A program made the position numbers and the translations under genes. Positions 24,531 through 36,500 of a stretch of 64,000 nt of DNA are shown here, piece by piece. Below the pieces are notes generated by a model, which did not search any database, was not told the origin of the DNA, and worked only from the letters and a program-made list of their open reading frames with translations. The stretch is from assembly GCA_028534125.1 (NCBI GenBank), contig CM052846.1, positions 682,001-746,000 on the forward strand. Direction: 5' to 3'. Each line of letters starts with the position of its first letter. Position 1 is the first letter of the stretch. Origin of the DNA: Lama glama. Taxonomy: Eukaryota.

Positions 24531-24911
24531 AGCAAATCCGCCTCTTGGCTCAACCTGAAAATGTACCTTGACGCTGATCAGCAAATGCGTAGCAGCCTTT
24601 TCTCCGAAACTAAAAGACAAAGGAGGAAAGTATTTTTCAAGGCTTATTTCCTTGTTAATATACTTCTGTCTTGATCTGAAGTGAACCCTCTCCTGCCATA
24701 AACAAGGATAATTTGGCTGCTGTGCTTTGGAGCACCCTGAACCTTTTCCTCCAACAGCCTTGATGAGCGTGCGAGGTGCTGTGCTGCATACCAATGGCCA
24801 CGCCGAGCCTGGAAGGGAGGTAGGCAACCCAGCCCACGCCATCTGTGGTCTCCGCTAGATTTGTGGCATGTCTCCCTGAGCTGAAGCAAACCTCCCTCTG
24901 TCTCGAGTACA
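24531..24911 (-). other. Candidate 381-nt exon, probably non-coding
   Basis: Minus-strand acceptor ctttatttttttatttctgattctcag|TGTAC and donor GCT|gtgagt. No frame is open across the whole exon. Confidence 0.35.
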
Positions 24912-26789
24912 CTGAGAATCAGAAATAAAAAAATAAAGACAAGTAGGCAAACATTAAAATGAGTTGTTACAGAACATTTGTGTAGATTCCAATCTTCTGT
25001 GTCAAGAGAGCATCGTTGTGCTATAATGGCGTCTTTCCCTGAAAGCTCTCCATGCAGTTAGCCGTAAATAAGCAGCCAGGGAAAGACATGGTGAGATGAA
25101 AATGGAAACTGAGTCACTGGGAATCTCCGTGATCTTCAGACGGAGTGTCTGTGACTGTGAGGAGGGACAGGTGAGCATGAACGATGAGCAAGACGAGTTC
25201 GCACCACCGGGTCGCTGTCTTGTCCGTGTCAACGGAAAGCCTCTCCCTGGTTGGCTGACAGGTTGTCTCGATAAGCAGGTTCTGGCCAGAAGTGCTCATT
25301 TGTGACGAGACGTCCCTCACAGTCTGTGTCAGGAGCTCCCGAAACGCCGACGAGGGCGGTGGCAGCTGTGTGATTCAGTGAGGGCGTCCGGGCTGTCTGA
25401 AAAGCAATATCTCGGCTTCTGTCCGGGCGATTTCGAAGGGCTCTCTCCCTCCCCTTTATCAGAGAGCAGCAGCTTTAAATGCAGACGGATCCCCTCTAAC
25501 ACAAATGCAGGCGGAGGTCTTCAATCCTTGCGAGTTCCGGTGAATGATCTCCTTGTACGTGCCTTGGCGTACCTGTCTAAACTTGGAGCCGTTCGTGTGC
25601 CAGGGACATTCCAAGCCTGGTCACAGTGCCACCCGGGGAGAGGCGTCCTTCACAGCCCTTCCCTCCAGTGGAGACAAGAAGCCTGTCCGAGGTGACAGAG
25701 AGTTCTCGGTCCTGAGCCAAGCGTGACTCGCGTGGAGACCCTGGCCCGACTTCCCCCCATTTCCAAGGGGGGTGCTGGAGACTGGGCCATATCACGGGGT
25801 TGTATTGCCTACTGAGTCCCAGGTAGCTGTTCCTGGGAGAGTCTCCTCTCCAGGGCAGGGGAGAAAGACCCATCTCCTTCCCCGGCGAGGAGGGTGGTCC
25901 GTGGGCTCTTCCACGTTGCGCGAGCTCTGGAGGGAGGAGGGAGGGACGGAGACGGAGAGGGAGAGTGGCGACTGCCTCTGAAGTGGAGCCATGCATTTGC
26001 ACTTATGTTTAGGGAGCGCATATTTACTTTTTGGTTCTGTCTCCCCCTCCCCCGGCCCCAGCAGCTGACTTCGACATGTGCTCCATTGTCTGGTCCTGGG
26101 TCTGTCGCCTGTGCTTGCGCTTTGCTATTTGAAGTATCATTAGTTGCTTCCTCATCCTGGCTTTGCCATCATCCCATTTGCCATCTGGATGGAGCACATT
26201 GCTGTTAGCGCTGCCGCCCCACATACACAATTATGTAGTTCCTTCCACTGCTGGGGGGTGGGGGGCGGGTTCGTTATTTCTTTAGGAAACAAGGATGTGA
26301 TATGCATAAAAGCTTTCACTTCGATTTTACCCTCTAAGGCGTTTGATAAACCCTTTGAGACTATTTCTAGTTGCCGTCATCATTTCTTGCAGAAATGTTT
26401 CTGCGTGGCGCTTTGCAGGCTGCGACAGAGTTTTCTAAATGGGCGTGATGCTTGCCTTCTTGAAACCCGCATCTCAAATGGATGGTCCAAGCACATGCTG
26501 GTAATGATGCCCACTGCACAAAACATCTTTGTCTCCAGTGAGCTTTTGTCTGGAGTAAATTGGTAAAATTATTGTTCAATTGGTATAAGAGAATATAGGT
26601 GCTATTTAGCAATTGGAGCGAACATTCGAATGGGGAGATAGGAATCTAAGACGTTAAAATCATTTAGATTGGCCAGACCCATGTGGATCTAGAAAAAATA
26701 TTACACTATTTGAAAAGAGCGTCATTGAACATGTTGATTTTTCCACAAAAAATGATTCCTTTTCTATTTAGACCCAATCAATAACTTCA

Positions 26790-27378
26790 GTTGCCCTGGC
26801 TAAAAATCTCCAAATCCTCTTTGAGTCTTTCCTCTTTGTCTTCTACTAAATCAAATCTGGCATCAAGTCTTAATATTTTCATTCAGAGTATGTCTTAGCA
26901 GACATATTCTTTTCATCTCTATTTTGGACCTGTTTCTGAATTTCGGCAGCTGTCTCGGGAGATCTCCTTACCTTGGGTTTCTGTTCATTTCAATCCGTCT
27001 GCCCATGGACACCAAACAGTGGCTCTGACACGCAAATGTCATCATTGGTTATACAGACCCCAGCCTTCCTTTGCTTCCTGGGCCTGGAAACCCCCTCCTT
27101 GTACCATCCAATGATGCACGTCGTGTTTATGCTTCATGACCTCTTTGATGAAGCCCTCAGCAACTACACTTGGTCTGAATGAAACTTTCTCCCCCTTGAC
27201 TTGTGCTTCTTATCTGCACCATACATAGTTTCATAGTTAATAGCTTTCTTAATTATTTCAGGTGTGCATTTGCCCCTCTATGTTAGCTCCAGGTCTTATA
27301 TTTAATTAATATTTAGCACCTCACCAGGCATAAAGTTGATTGACCATGCATAGTAGGTGGACAGTGAATCTTTGATTG
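26790..27378 (+). mobile_element. Highly degraded L2 fragments
   Basis: Pyrimidine-rich L2-like body ending catagtaggtggacagtgaatctttgattg, similar to the L2 3' end. Confidence 0.45.
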
Positions 27379-30300
27379 TTTTTCCAGGCATATCTCTAAA
27401 CCATACATTTTGAGGGTATATAGAAAATTCTCAATGTGCCCAACAAACTACTATACATCTATAGCATATAATTTGCTCAAAATTGTTTTGGCCTATTAAT
27501 ATTTTGCTTTCCGCGACATCTTGGGTTAGCTGGCATTAATGGCTGAGTTCTGACTGAGAGTGACCTTTCTAGGAAAATTATGCCCACAGTTCCTGGTTTT
27601 GATTTGGACCTTTAATATTTTTCTCTATACCTTGGTTGTGAACCATGATCCATTTAATTAAAATCCACTTTTAGGTACAAAAGGAATCAACAATCTGAAG
27701 GAAAGTGAAATGTCACGTTCTTCGGCCCTCTCCCTTGAGTGTTCTGAATGTCTTCTTGAAGCATCTACTGAAGGCATTTATAGGGCCTTTTCACCAGAAA
27801 TAAAACCTAACACCAGCTGAGTCAGAATTGAGATTAATTCAAATCTTGGACTTGTTTTAATTTCAGTGTTTTTCTATCTTAGCAGCACTATAAGAGCATG
27901 TTTTAATTACCATATGCATCTAGGATGTATACTTTCCAAAGCATAGAGAATATCAAACCACCACCAAATGGACAATGCCCAAGAAAATGGAAAGCATTGC
28001 TAAAGAACTTTTTTCCAGAAACATCCTCCTTTTGCCAGGATCCTATGAGGTTAGGGTAAGCTTGCTCTAAGTAGGTAAACATTTGGATGTGCTGGAGAAC
28101 TGGGCTGTGAGCTCCTCCAGATCTGTGGCTCTCCGGCAGCCCCAGCCCCAGCCTAAGGAAGGGAAGGGGGAGGAATTTATGATGACTCTTCAGTACCTTG
28201 GACAGCTCCTGCTGCCCGCCTGCCATGGAAAAGCTTCATCAACAGATTGCTAATTTCCCTCCTTTCTCCCTGAATAGCATTATGCCTTCTGGCAAGAAGC
28301 AGTGTGTTGCATCTATCCCGAGATCTCACCTGTGGACACGTGAAGCTGCCTAATGGCTTCCTGCTTCTTGCCCCACTGGGCTGCGGCTGAGCAGGGAGGC
28401 AGAGCTGCCCAAGTTGCTAATTGCCTCAGCCTGTAACTCTTGAATGATGAAAAAGATTAAAAGGGAAGGAAAACAGCTATTATATCTCTTTCTTGAAAAA
28501 ACTTGCACTGCGAAATGCTCATTAACATCATTAGTGTTCCATTAACCTCTAGCCAGACAAATAAGCTGGAGGTAATTTCAGAGCATGGGGAGAGAGAAGG
28601 AGGGAAAAAAAGGAATTTAAAAATTATCTGGGTGTAGATGACGTTTTCCAGCTACCTCGATCGAACAGTTGGGCAGCCAACAACTTTACTTACTTTAATG
28701 CCAGCCTGGTACTGGAGTGAAACCAGAACCCTGGCTGCTAGGAAGGGCTGTAGGTAATAGCAAGTGGGGAGACTCATTGATTGGGACAAAATGAAATTCA
28801 TTTTAACACAACACGTGAAATCTCGCAAAGGAACACTGTGTGATACAATACGAGCTTTAAAAATGTCTACCCCAAAATTATGTTCCATTGTATGAACAAA
28901 AGGGCTTTCTCACCTTGTAATTTTTCCCCGTCAAATTTTGTTTGATTCTAATCCACACCTCCCTACCTGGCTCTCCTCCTTTGGTCTCCGCTTTCACAAA
29001 GTCGGCGGCAAATCTGGAAGCTGAATGCAAAGCATTGTCAAGGCGATTAGTCTTTAGGTTTCCTGGTGTAGAGAGGGTGATTTGTAGGTGGAGACACATC
29101 CTGGATTTCGTTCGTGACTCAGTCTCAAAATACGAGGTGGGTTTTGGTGATCTGGTTTCCCCTCCTGTGAGAAGAGGCTGCTTTAAGTTTTCTCAGGTGT
29201 TCTGGTGACATGCAGCAGATGTGTAAAGTTTGATCAAAGTAGAATAAGCAGTGAAACTAAGTTTCACAAATATCTAAGAGAAGACTAAACAAATACGTAA
29301 GTTAAAGAGACTATCTCAAAACAGGAATCCCCAGATCACTGTTTGAATAAAGTGGCATTGTGGCTTATCATTCATTTTAGATAGAGTAATAATTTTCATT
29401 ATGCCCTTGTTTTTGTATCCAAGAGCAAGAGGCCATGACAGTGATTAAGGCACCTTCACAGAGACACTTCCCCACTAGCCACCGACCATTCTTTCTCCTG
29501 CTCCCAGGAGAGAGGGTGCTGGCTCTCTCTTCTCCTGCTCCATAACCCAGGGTCATAAACCTGTCTCATTTAGAGAGATTTCAGAGTTCCCGTCTGTAGG
29601 GACGTTAGCCTCAGAGAGTCAAACCAAAGTCAGCTTAGTCATAGAGAACGTACTTCTCTGTGCATTTGAGTCTTTCTCATGCTCCGAACAATTCTCTCAG
29701 CTTTGATGGAGTGGTTTAACCTTTCTGATTATAATTCAAGGCCACTGCATCAGTAGTTACAGACTAAATCTTTTTCATTCACATGAAAGATAAATTTTCT
29801 CCCCTCCACTGGGTCTGGGAAGTAAACTTTGAACTCATCTCTGCCTTCAGAGACTCAGGGAAGGTCGGAAGCATAAATAGACACACTTCCCTGAATTCCC
29901 CTTGTAGCCATTGGGCCCTTCCTTCCGCTCCGCATGTGTTCACGCGTTTTCCCCCTCCCTAAAACGAGCCTACTCATTGTTAGGCATCTTGCAAGACTAA
30001 TGACATCAACACAGCGAACCCACCCTGGCTGCTGCCTGCAACCCAGTTCTGAGATGATCTCACTTCTCTCTGCCTTCTTACGTCCCACGCTCTTTCTTCT
30101 GCCTGGTTCCTCTGGCCGGAGACAGAGGTGCAGTTCAAGAAGCATTTCCATTAAAAAAATAATAATCCTCTTAGTCTCAGAAAATCAGGCCAAGAGGACT
30201 GTTTTATGGGAATCTGTGGCTAGAAAACATCTTGCTCGTCCGAGGAGGGGACGCATGGCCCTCATTTTGTACTGATTTAGCACGGCGCTGCCGGCCCCGC

Positions 30301-31751
30301 TGGGACAGCTAGTGGAGCAGCGTGCCGGTTTGAACCCTGACACACCGCGCACGTGGATCTCCAGTATCTATGACGCCGTTGATTTCCCCTTGGGAACACA
30401 TGAAAGGATGCCTTGGTGTCCGTCCATGCATGCATAATTGAACTTTGTGTTTACTGACGCCAGCAGCCAGGCGAAGGCAGATTTGCACAAACCCGGTGGT
30501 GCGGGGCGCCTAGGTAAAAACGCAGTGTGGCCTCCCGATAGTCTCTTTACATTCGTGTTTTCCTGAAGTCTCCTTCCCAAGCTCAAACATCTGCTAAATA
30601 GATGCTTCAAGACCCTGCTGTTGCTAACTCGTTTCCAGCATCTCAGGAGAACTTCGAGGCAGGTGTTTGAGTGTGTATGTAAGCATATAGCTCATTCCAG
30701 ACATTGATCCCCTAATATGTTGTCATTTTGCACCATCGTGCTCTCTCCTGCTATTTGAGCAAACAAGGAATCGTCCTTGGCTCTTGTGATTTGAGCGTCC
30801 ATCCAGAACTTCATTACTAACAAGATAAACAACTAGAAAAATGCTTCTGAGAAACTGGCATTTCTAGAAGCCCCCACAATGCTACGTGTCGTCTGCTGTG
30901 GGCCATCGAGATGAAGGCGTTACAAGGGCCGGCAGGTGGGAGTGATTCGCGGAGGCTGGTGAAGGTGCCTTGAGCTCTTTGGGGCAACTGTCACCTGATG
31001 TTGATGGTGACTTGAAAGTGACACCTGAACACTTGCGCCTAGTTTTGTGGGTTTTCATTCCGGAGTTTTCAGCATCCTAAACTTTGTCTCGTACGTTCGG
31101 CCTGTAAGCAAGCTGACTTTAGAAAGCCAAGTGTGTTTATTGTTGCCTGAGTGCTCTGTGCTCAGCCTTGTCCTCTGACGATCTTCCGTGATGGGAACAG
31201 GCACCACTTCTGCGTTGAATGAAGCTTTGATCTGAGCACCTCGGAGGCGCGCGGGTGCTCACCACACCCGTCCGCGGAGGCACTTGTAGCAGCACCTGTT
31301 TTTTCTCAGAAACAGTTTACGCCAGATCCAGATGAGTAGAATAACGTTTTTCTGAACAGAATAAACCTAGTGCTCAGACGCCCCGGGGCTCCCGACTTCC
31401 AGCACTCAGACCCCACCTGCAGCCACTGCGCCTCTCCCTCCACCCGTATTCTTGACTTTGACTTAATTTTATGTTTCCTGTAAGAGAAAAATTAAGGTTT
31501 GTCTATTCTGGTTTTCTTAAGTGAATTGAATTGAATTTGCTGAAGTGAATGCAGAGAAGGCATTGCCTTGGGTCCTTTCAACAGCGCTTTCAAGAACTCT
31601 AATGGCTGCTGTTCAGAAAGTGAAGTTAGCAGGTCCCTAACTTTGGCAAAAGACCCCGCTCAACATGAGTCTGCTGCTTTCCTGGAAGTAACCTCTCTGC
31701 TCCAGTAAATCTGTATTTTTAAAGCTAGATTTAATGCAAGCAAAATAGTCC

Positions 31752-31905
31752 TTGGATTTTGAGATCAAATTGGATTTGAATTCAGGTCCCATCATTTTCT
31801 AGGAATAATAACAATCTCCTAGGTCATTGTGAGAATTATACAAGATTCGAATTGTAAACTGTCTAAGATTGTGCTGGACATGTGACTGGTGATTAATAAG
31901 TTATG
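31752..31905 (+). mobile_element. MIR SINE fragment
   Basis: ggatttgaattcaggtccc...ataataacaatctcctaggtcattgtgagaatt. Confidence 0.65.
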
Positions 31906-31927
31906 TTCAGTAGGGTTAGCATGCATT

Positions 31928-32580
31928 TGTCAAAGATTTTTGGTGGCAAGTTACAGAATCCAATTCAAACTAGCTTAGAAAACTTGTGATATTTATTGGA
32001 AGAACGCTTGATACACCAGACTGTGGGGTAAGAAGGGCACTGGAGACTCAGGTGCTGTTACCCGAACTCATCTCTCCCTCCCTCCCTGCAACTCTCTCCA
32101 TCTCTCTCCATCTCTCCATCTCTCTCATCTCTCCATGTCTCTTCATCTCTCCATCTCTCTCCATCTTCTCTCCTTCCTCTCTCCATCTCTCCATCTCTCC
32201 ATCTCTCTATCTCTCTTCATCTCGCTCCCTGCCTCTCTCTTCCTCGCTCTTGTGCCCTTGTTCTCTCACCTTGTCTTTCCTTTATTACTTCCCATGTGTT
32301 GTTTTTTTTTTTTAATTTTGTGCACTGACCTCCTCCACATGGAAAGAACATGACAGTTGAGAGCTCAAGCTTTATTTCGTGACTGACTCACATTCTCTGT
32401 GAGTCTCAGTCCTAGAGTTTCAGGGACAGTTTCCGTGTTGTCCTGAGCCAGTTACCCGTGGCCAGGTGGCAGGGCGGTGGAGCACGCACAGGGACACAGA
32501 CCCGACCGTACACTGAAGGCCCCTCCCAGAAAGAGGAGGATTGCTGTTGGATGGCACCTGCCGAGGATTATCCATTATAA
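31928..32580 (-). mobile_element. MLT1K/L-like MaLR solo LTR
   Basis: ggtggcaagttacagaatccaattcaaactagctta...atttattgg resembles the reverse complement of the MLT1K 3' end; ends ccattata. Confidence 0.65.
32069..32245. repeat. Polypyrimidine (CTCTCCAT)n-like low-complexity repeat
   Basis: catctctccatctctccatctctctcatctctccat... almost all pyrimidines on the + strand. Confidence 0.9.
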
Positions 32581-32689
32581 TGATTTTACAATCTGTGCCT
32601 ATAGAAATAGCAAAATTAAATCCCTGTCCTCAAATTACTGAAAGTTATGTGTTGAGAGCTAATTCTGAGAGAGGTGAAAAGGTGAAACT

Positions 32690-32774
32690 ACAAAGGTGCT
32701 TCTAACCGTGAGGCGAAGAGGAAGGCAGGGAGGGTCGTGACTCACGTGGGACACGAGCTGAATGTTGAAAGATG

Positions 32775-32811
<37 letters not shown>

Positions 32812-33400
32812 GCTTGTGAGCACACGCAACTGTGCAAGGAAGGAGTGCTGGGGTGAGGCATTCCAGGCAAAAAGAGCTTCATTTGTAAAAAGTACAGAAA
32901 CGTGGGGAATCTGCAGGAGTCCTGGCAGTTTACACGCTGTTTATAAGGCCTGCTAGGCCCTGTGGACACAAAAGAGTCTTGGCCTGAAGAGCCGGGAGGG
33001 TGCACACTGTGAAGTGCCGTTCCTGAGTGCGATGGGGCTGCACAATGGGTGACGGAGGGCGGGACCCGCTCAAGGGTCTCAGCTCGGGGGAAGGCACGGT
33101 CGGGTCTGCTGTTTGGAGAGACCCTTCTGGGAGTGTGCGGAGCAGGTCAGGGGGAAGCAGGCAGAGCACCGAGGGTTAACGTGGGTGAAGTGTAATGAGA
33201 CTCTGAATTCTGACAGGTGGTTCCGGAGACGGTAATGAGGCAGGAGAGATGAGGCTTGTGGACAAGACTTCGGGAGAAGAAGCAACATGAGGCGCGGGCA
33301 CGGGAGGCAGGGGCCAGGACACGGGGACGAGACCCGCATTTAGGAGGGGAAGACGTGGTGCTCATACTCGGGCACGTGGGGTCCGGGGTGTCTGTGTGGC
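32690..33400 (-). mobile_element. L2 fragment containing a (GT)16 tract
   Basis: gagctgaatgttgaaagatgag...ggcattccaggcaaaaagagc...tgtttggagagacccttctgg resembles antisense L2. Confidence 0.6.
32778..32809. repeat. (GT)16 microsatellite
   Basis: Perfect dinucleotide run. Confidence 0.97.
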
Positions 33401-33673
33401 ACGGCTCAGCCCGGCCGCCCCGCTCGCTCCCCTGCGGTGGGCGTCACGACTCCCCCCCTCCTTCAGACTTGCCGTGGGGACCTGCACAGACCCTCCGCCT
33501 CTGACTGCGCCGCCCCTTCCCCTGTTTCTCACCATGTCAGGTGCAACTCGTCCCCGAACTGCAGTTTGATAATTACTTCCTCTGAAATTCTCCCTTGTGC
33601 CTCCGTATCCTGTGGTGTGATGGCCACAGGTACCTCTTCTTTTTAAGCTGATCACAGTTATAATTTCAGATTT

Positions 33674-34003
33674 TGTTAAAGAGGGAAATTCACCAGATGC
33701 TGTTGGAAACAGCAAGGAAGACCTGACTTAAGGTGATCGCACGGGGGTCAAGGCCGTTGGAACAGACAGACTGAGCGCGGCTCTAAACAGAGCGGGGCCA
33801 AGTCGGGGCTCGCAGCCACTGGGCAGGTGGGGGGCGGGTGGAGGGTCCCTGAGAGCAGCTTGATCAGCTGTCGGTGTGGGGGGTCCTTCCAGCTGGCTTC
33901 ACGGGACGCGTTGCTAAAACTGCACTTAGCAGGTCAAGGGCGGGGCCAAGCACGAGGCTCAGAGGAGCCCGACTACGTTCTGGTCAAAAGGGGGTCCTTG
34001 CCC
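33674..34003 (-). mobile_element. ERV1 solo LTR, MER31/MER67-like
   Basis: tgttaaagagggaaattc...acagcaaggaagac...ttgctaaaactgcacttagcagg...gagcccgactacgttctggtcaa resembles antisense MER31-class LTR. Confidence 0.65.
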
Positions 34004-35519
34004 GTTCGTGTGGGTGATTTTTGGTGATTATTGGACCCCCCCCCCAGAACGTGAACTCCGTCAGCGTGGAGAGCGGCGTGGGCTCAGGAAACATCTGTTA
34101 TTAAACCATGGAACCTGATATCAGATTTGGGGTCTTCATCAAACTTTCTGTCGCAATGTTTTCTGCTTTCATGTCCTTCCCCAGTGTCTCTGTCCAACCA
34201 TGAGCCCCTGGGCTCTTCCAGGGGCTGCTTGAGTCCCCCTTGTCAACAGAGCCTTCGCCGATAGCGTCCATTCCAGTTTTCCTGAACTTCAGCAAGTAGC
34301 TGTTTCTACTTTGTTGCTCAGGCACTTAATCACATTCTTCCTTACTTCTTAGTGGATTCCACAGGGTCACAACTAGGGGGCGTGTCCGTGGAGAGCGAGA
34401 CGCTCACGAGAGCCTGGCGTTTGCCGTCAGCACAGAGCGTGTTGCTTTCACTGGTGGTGATCCAGTCTCCGAATGAGCACCTGATCCATTAATTAGTACA
34501 GTGAACGCTCAGCCCTAAGGAGGTTTAGAATCAATAAAGAGCGTAGGATGATCCTTATCATTTTGCATAATAAATAGTACAGCTTCTCTGTGTAGGGGAG
34601 TAAAATTCCCTTCACAGAGTTTACCTTGGGAGGTGACACCACTGTTGTGAAAACACACTCACTGTGCGGACGTGCTGAGCGCCCTCCTCGGGCGTGACGC
34701 CCGCCGGCTGGACACATTCCAGGTGCCTTCTCTCTGTGCCTGTCACCTGGCAGCAATGGCCGCAGCAGCCAATTGGTCCTACGCGCTTCCTGTTCTCGGG
34801 AAGCATGGCTCAAGATCCGCTGTTTATATATTTTTGGCGCTTACCCTTCAAAATTTAATTGGCCGAGATCCAAAAGTTCTATATCGTGGGTCAGATAATT
34901 CCATTACTTCATGATGTATTTGGCAATCACTCCGTATTAGCAGGTTCACCCAGAAGCCACATTACTTAATATCAGCCTTTTTATGGGAACTTCCAGAGAC
35001 TTTTTTCCATTACTGTGATGGATGATTGCTATCGCTCGCTTTGAAATTTTTCTGGTATAAGATGACAGCTGTCCTGCTGTACGTATTCAAACACGGGGAC
35101 TTGCTCTCCTGTTATTCCTGTTTTGAAAGCGTTGCCAACGGGACCCTTCACTAAACGGCGGCCGGAGCGTCTGGATCGTGCTGGGGAGGCGCGTAGACCA
35201 CCCGCATTCCAGGTGTTCGCCAGAAACGCATCCTGTCCTCTTCCGTTGTTCCGCTCTCACTATAAGTCCAAGTGCAGGAAGAGCTGTTTACCCCGGGGGT
35301 AATGCATCCAGCACTCGACATACACTGAGACAGCGTCACGCTCTAGCTTGGGGTCAAATCGTCTGGCAGTCACCCGCGTGGTGCTATTACCTGGTCCAGT
35401 GTGAGCCGTCGGCGAGGGAGAGGGTGCTAGCGGCGGCTGTCCCCACGGAAGGGCACCGCTGAGGCAGGTGTCCGCCGCGGGCTACAGCCTTCAGGGTGTT
35501 TCCGCACTCCCGCCTTCCG

Positions 35520-35672
35520 GCCGCTTGGTGTTGCGTGTGTGACACTGCGACCTGCCCTCGTGTGGAAGAGGGAGCTGTGGCCTGTAGAGACTGCGCACTT
35601 AGCTGAGGTAACCGAGTGAGAGGTAAGGGTGGACCCCCAGCCGGGTCCGCGTGGCTTCAGAGCCTGCGCCCT
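35520..35672 (-). mobile_element. MIR fragment
   Basis: gaagagggagctgtggcctgtagagactgcgcacttagctgaggtaacc...gtggcttcagagcctgcgccctt. Confidence 0.55.
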
Positions 35673-36009
35673 TGGGAGCTGGTGAAGGGCCGTGGGGCTT
35701 TCTGAGGGCGTCAGGACTGAGGCGAGCTGGGGCTCCCCGCGGAGTGGACTCACTTTTGCTCCATCGACGACTCGCCTGGAGGACGGGAGGGCACTTTCCT
35801 CCTAGGCGGCCGGCCGGGCCGGACTCTCTTCCCATCGGTCGCACCCAGGTGAGGCTGGGCAATGTGCAGTTTTGTACTTTCTCCACAGTTGTGTTTTGTT
35901 TCTCGCTCCTGCCTTCCCTGCGTGCACGTTTTCTTATATATTACCTTTATTGTGCCGTGTCATGGATACTTTTACAGGCTGTGGCAAACCTGCTTTGATG
36001 AGTATGGTC

Positions 36010-36130
36010 TACACCATCGCCTAACAACCCCGTAAGGTGAGTCCTAGCTGTGCAGGTGAGAACCCGAGTCCGCAGAGTGCAAGCTGCTCGCACGAGGTAG
36101 CCCAGCCAGCAAGTGTGGGCGAGGGCTCGT
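36010..36130 (-). mobile_element. MIR fragment
   Basis: aacaaccccgtaaggtgag...gcaggtgagaacccgagtccgcagag...aggtagcccagccagcaagtg. Confidence 0.55.
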
Positions 36131-36224
36131 GGCGTCCGCTGCCAAACCCGGTCCTCCTTTGCGGTGTTAGCAGCTGGAAGCCTTTCCCGGGCGCTGTTCT
36201 CTGGTAAACTGGGGCCTGACGTGT

Positions 36225-36500
36225 AGTCCCAGAGGCTCATAAAAGTCATTTTTAAAAGGCCTGCAGGCAAATAGGTCGGCCAAACTGTGGATCACATGTA
36301 TCTCTCTCAGGGACCTGCAGTAAATGAGCATTTGAACTCTCCGTGAAACCCCGCAGCAAATAAAGCTATTAAACAAATTTATAAACCTGGTGTTTTATAA
36401 ATTTATTTGGCCCAGAACATTCGTTTTCTTTTCATTTAAAATACCTAGTAACACCTCCCTGAAAATTGGCTATTTTAAAAAGCATGGCTTGGAAAATGTT
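36225..36500 (-). mobile_element. MER103C-like hAT-Charlie element
   Basis: caaataggtcggccaaactg...aatttatttggcccagaac...acctagtaacacctc...cttggaaaatgttg. Confidence 0.55.

Noticed and set aside
35168-35215. Imperfect hairpin considered as pre-miRNA
   Set aside because: Short, bulged stem expected by chance at this GC content; no recognised miRNA.
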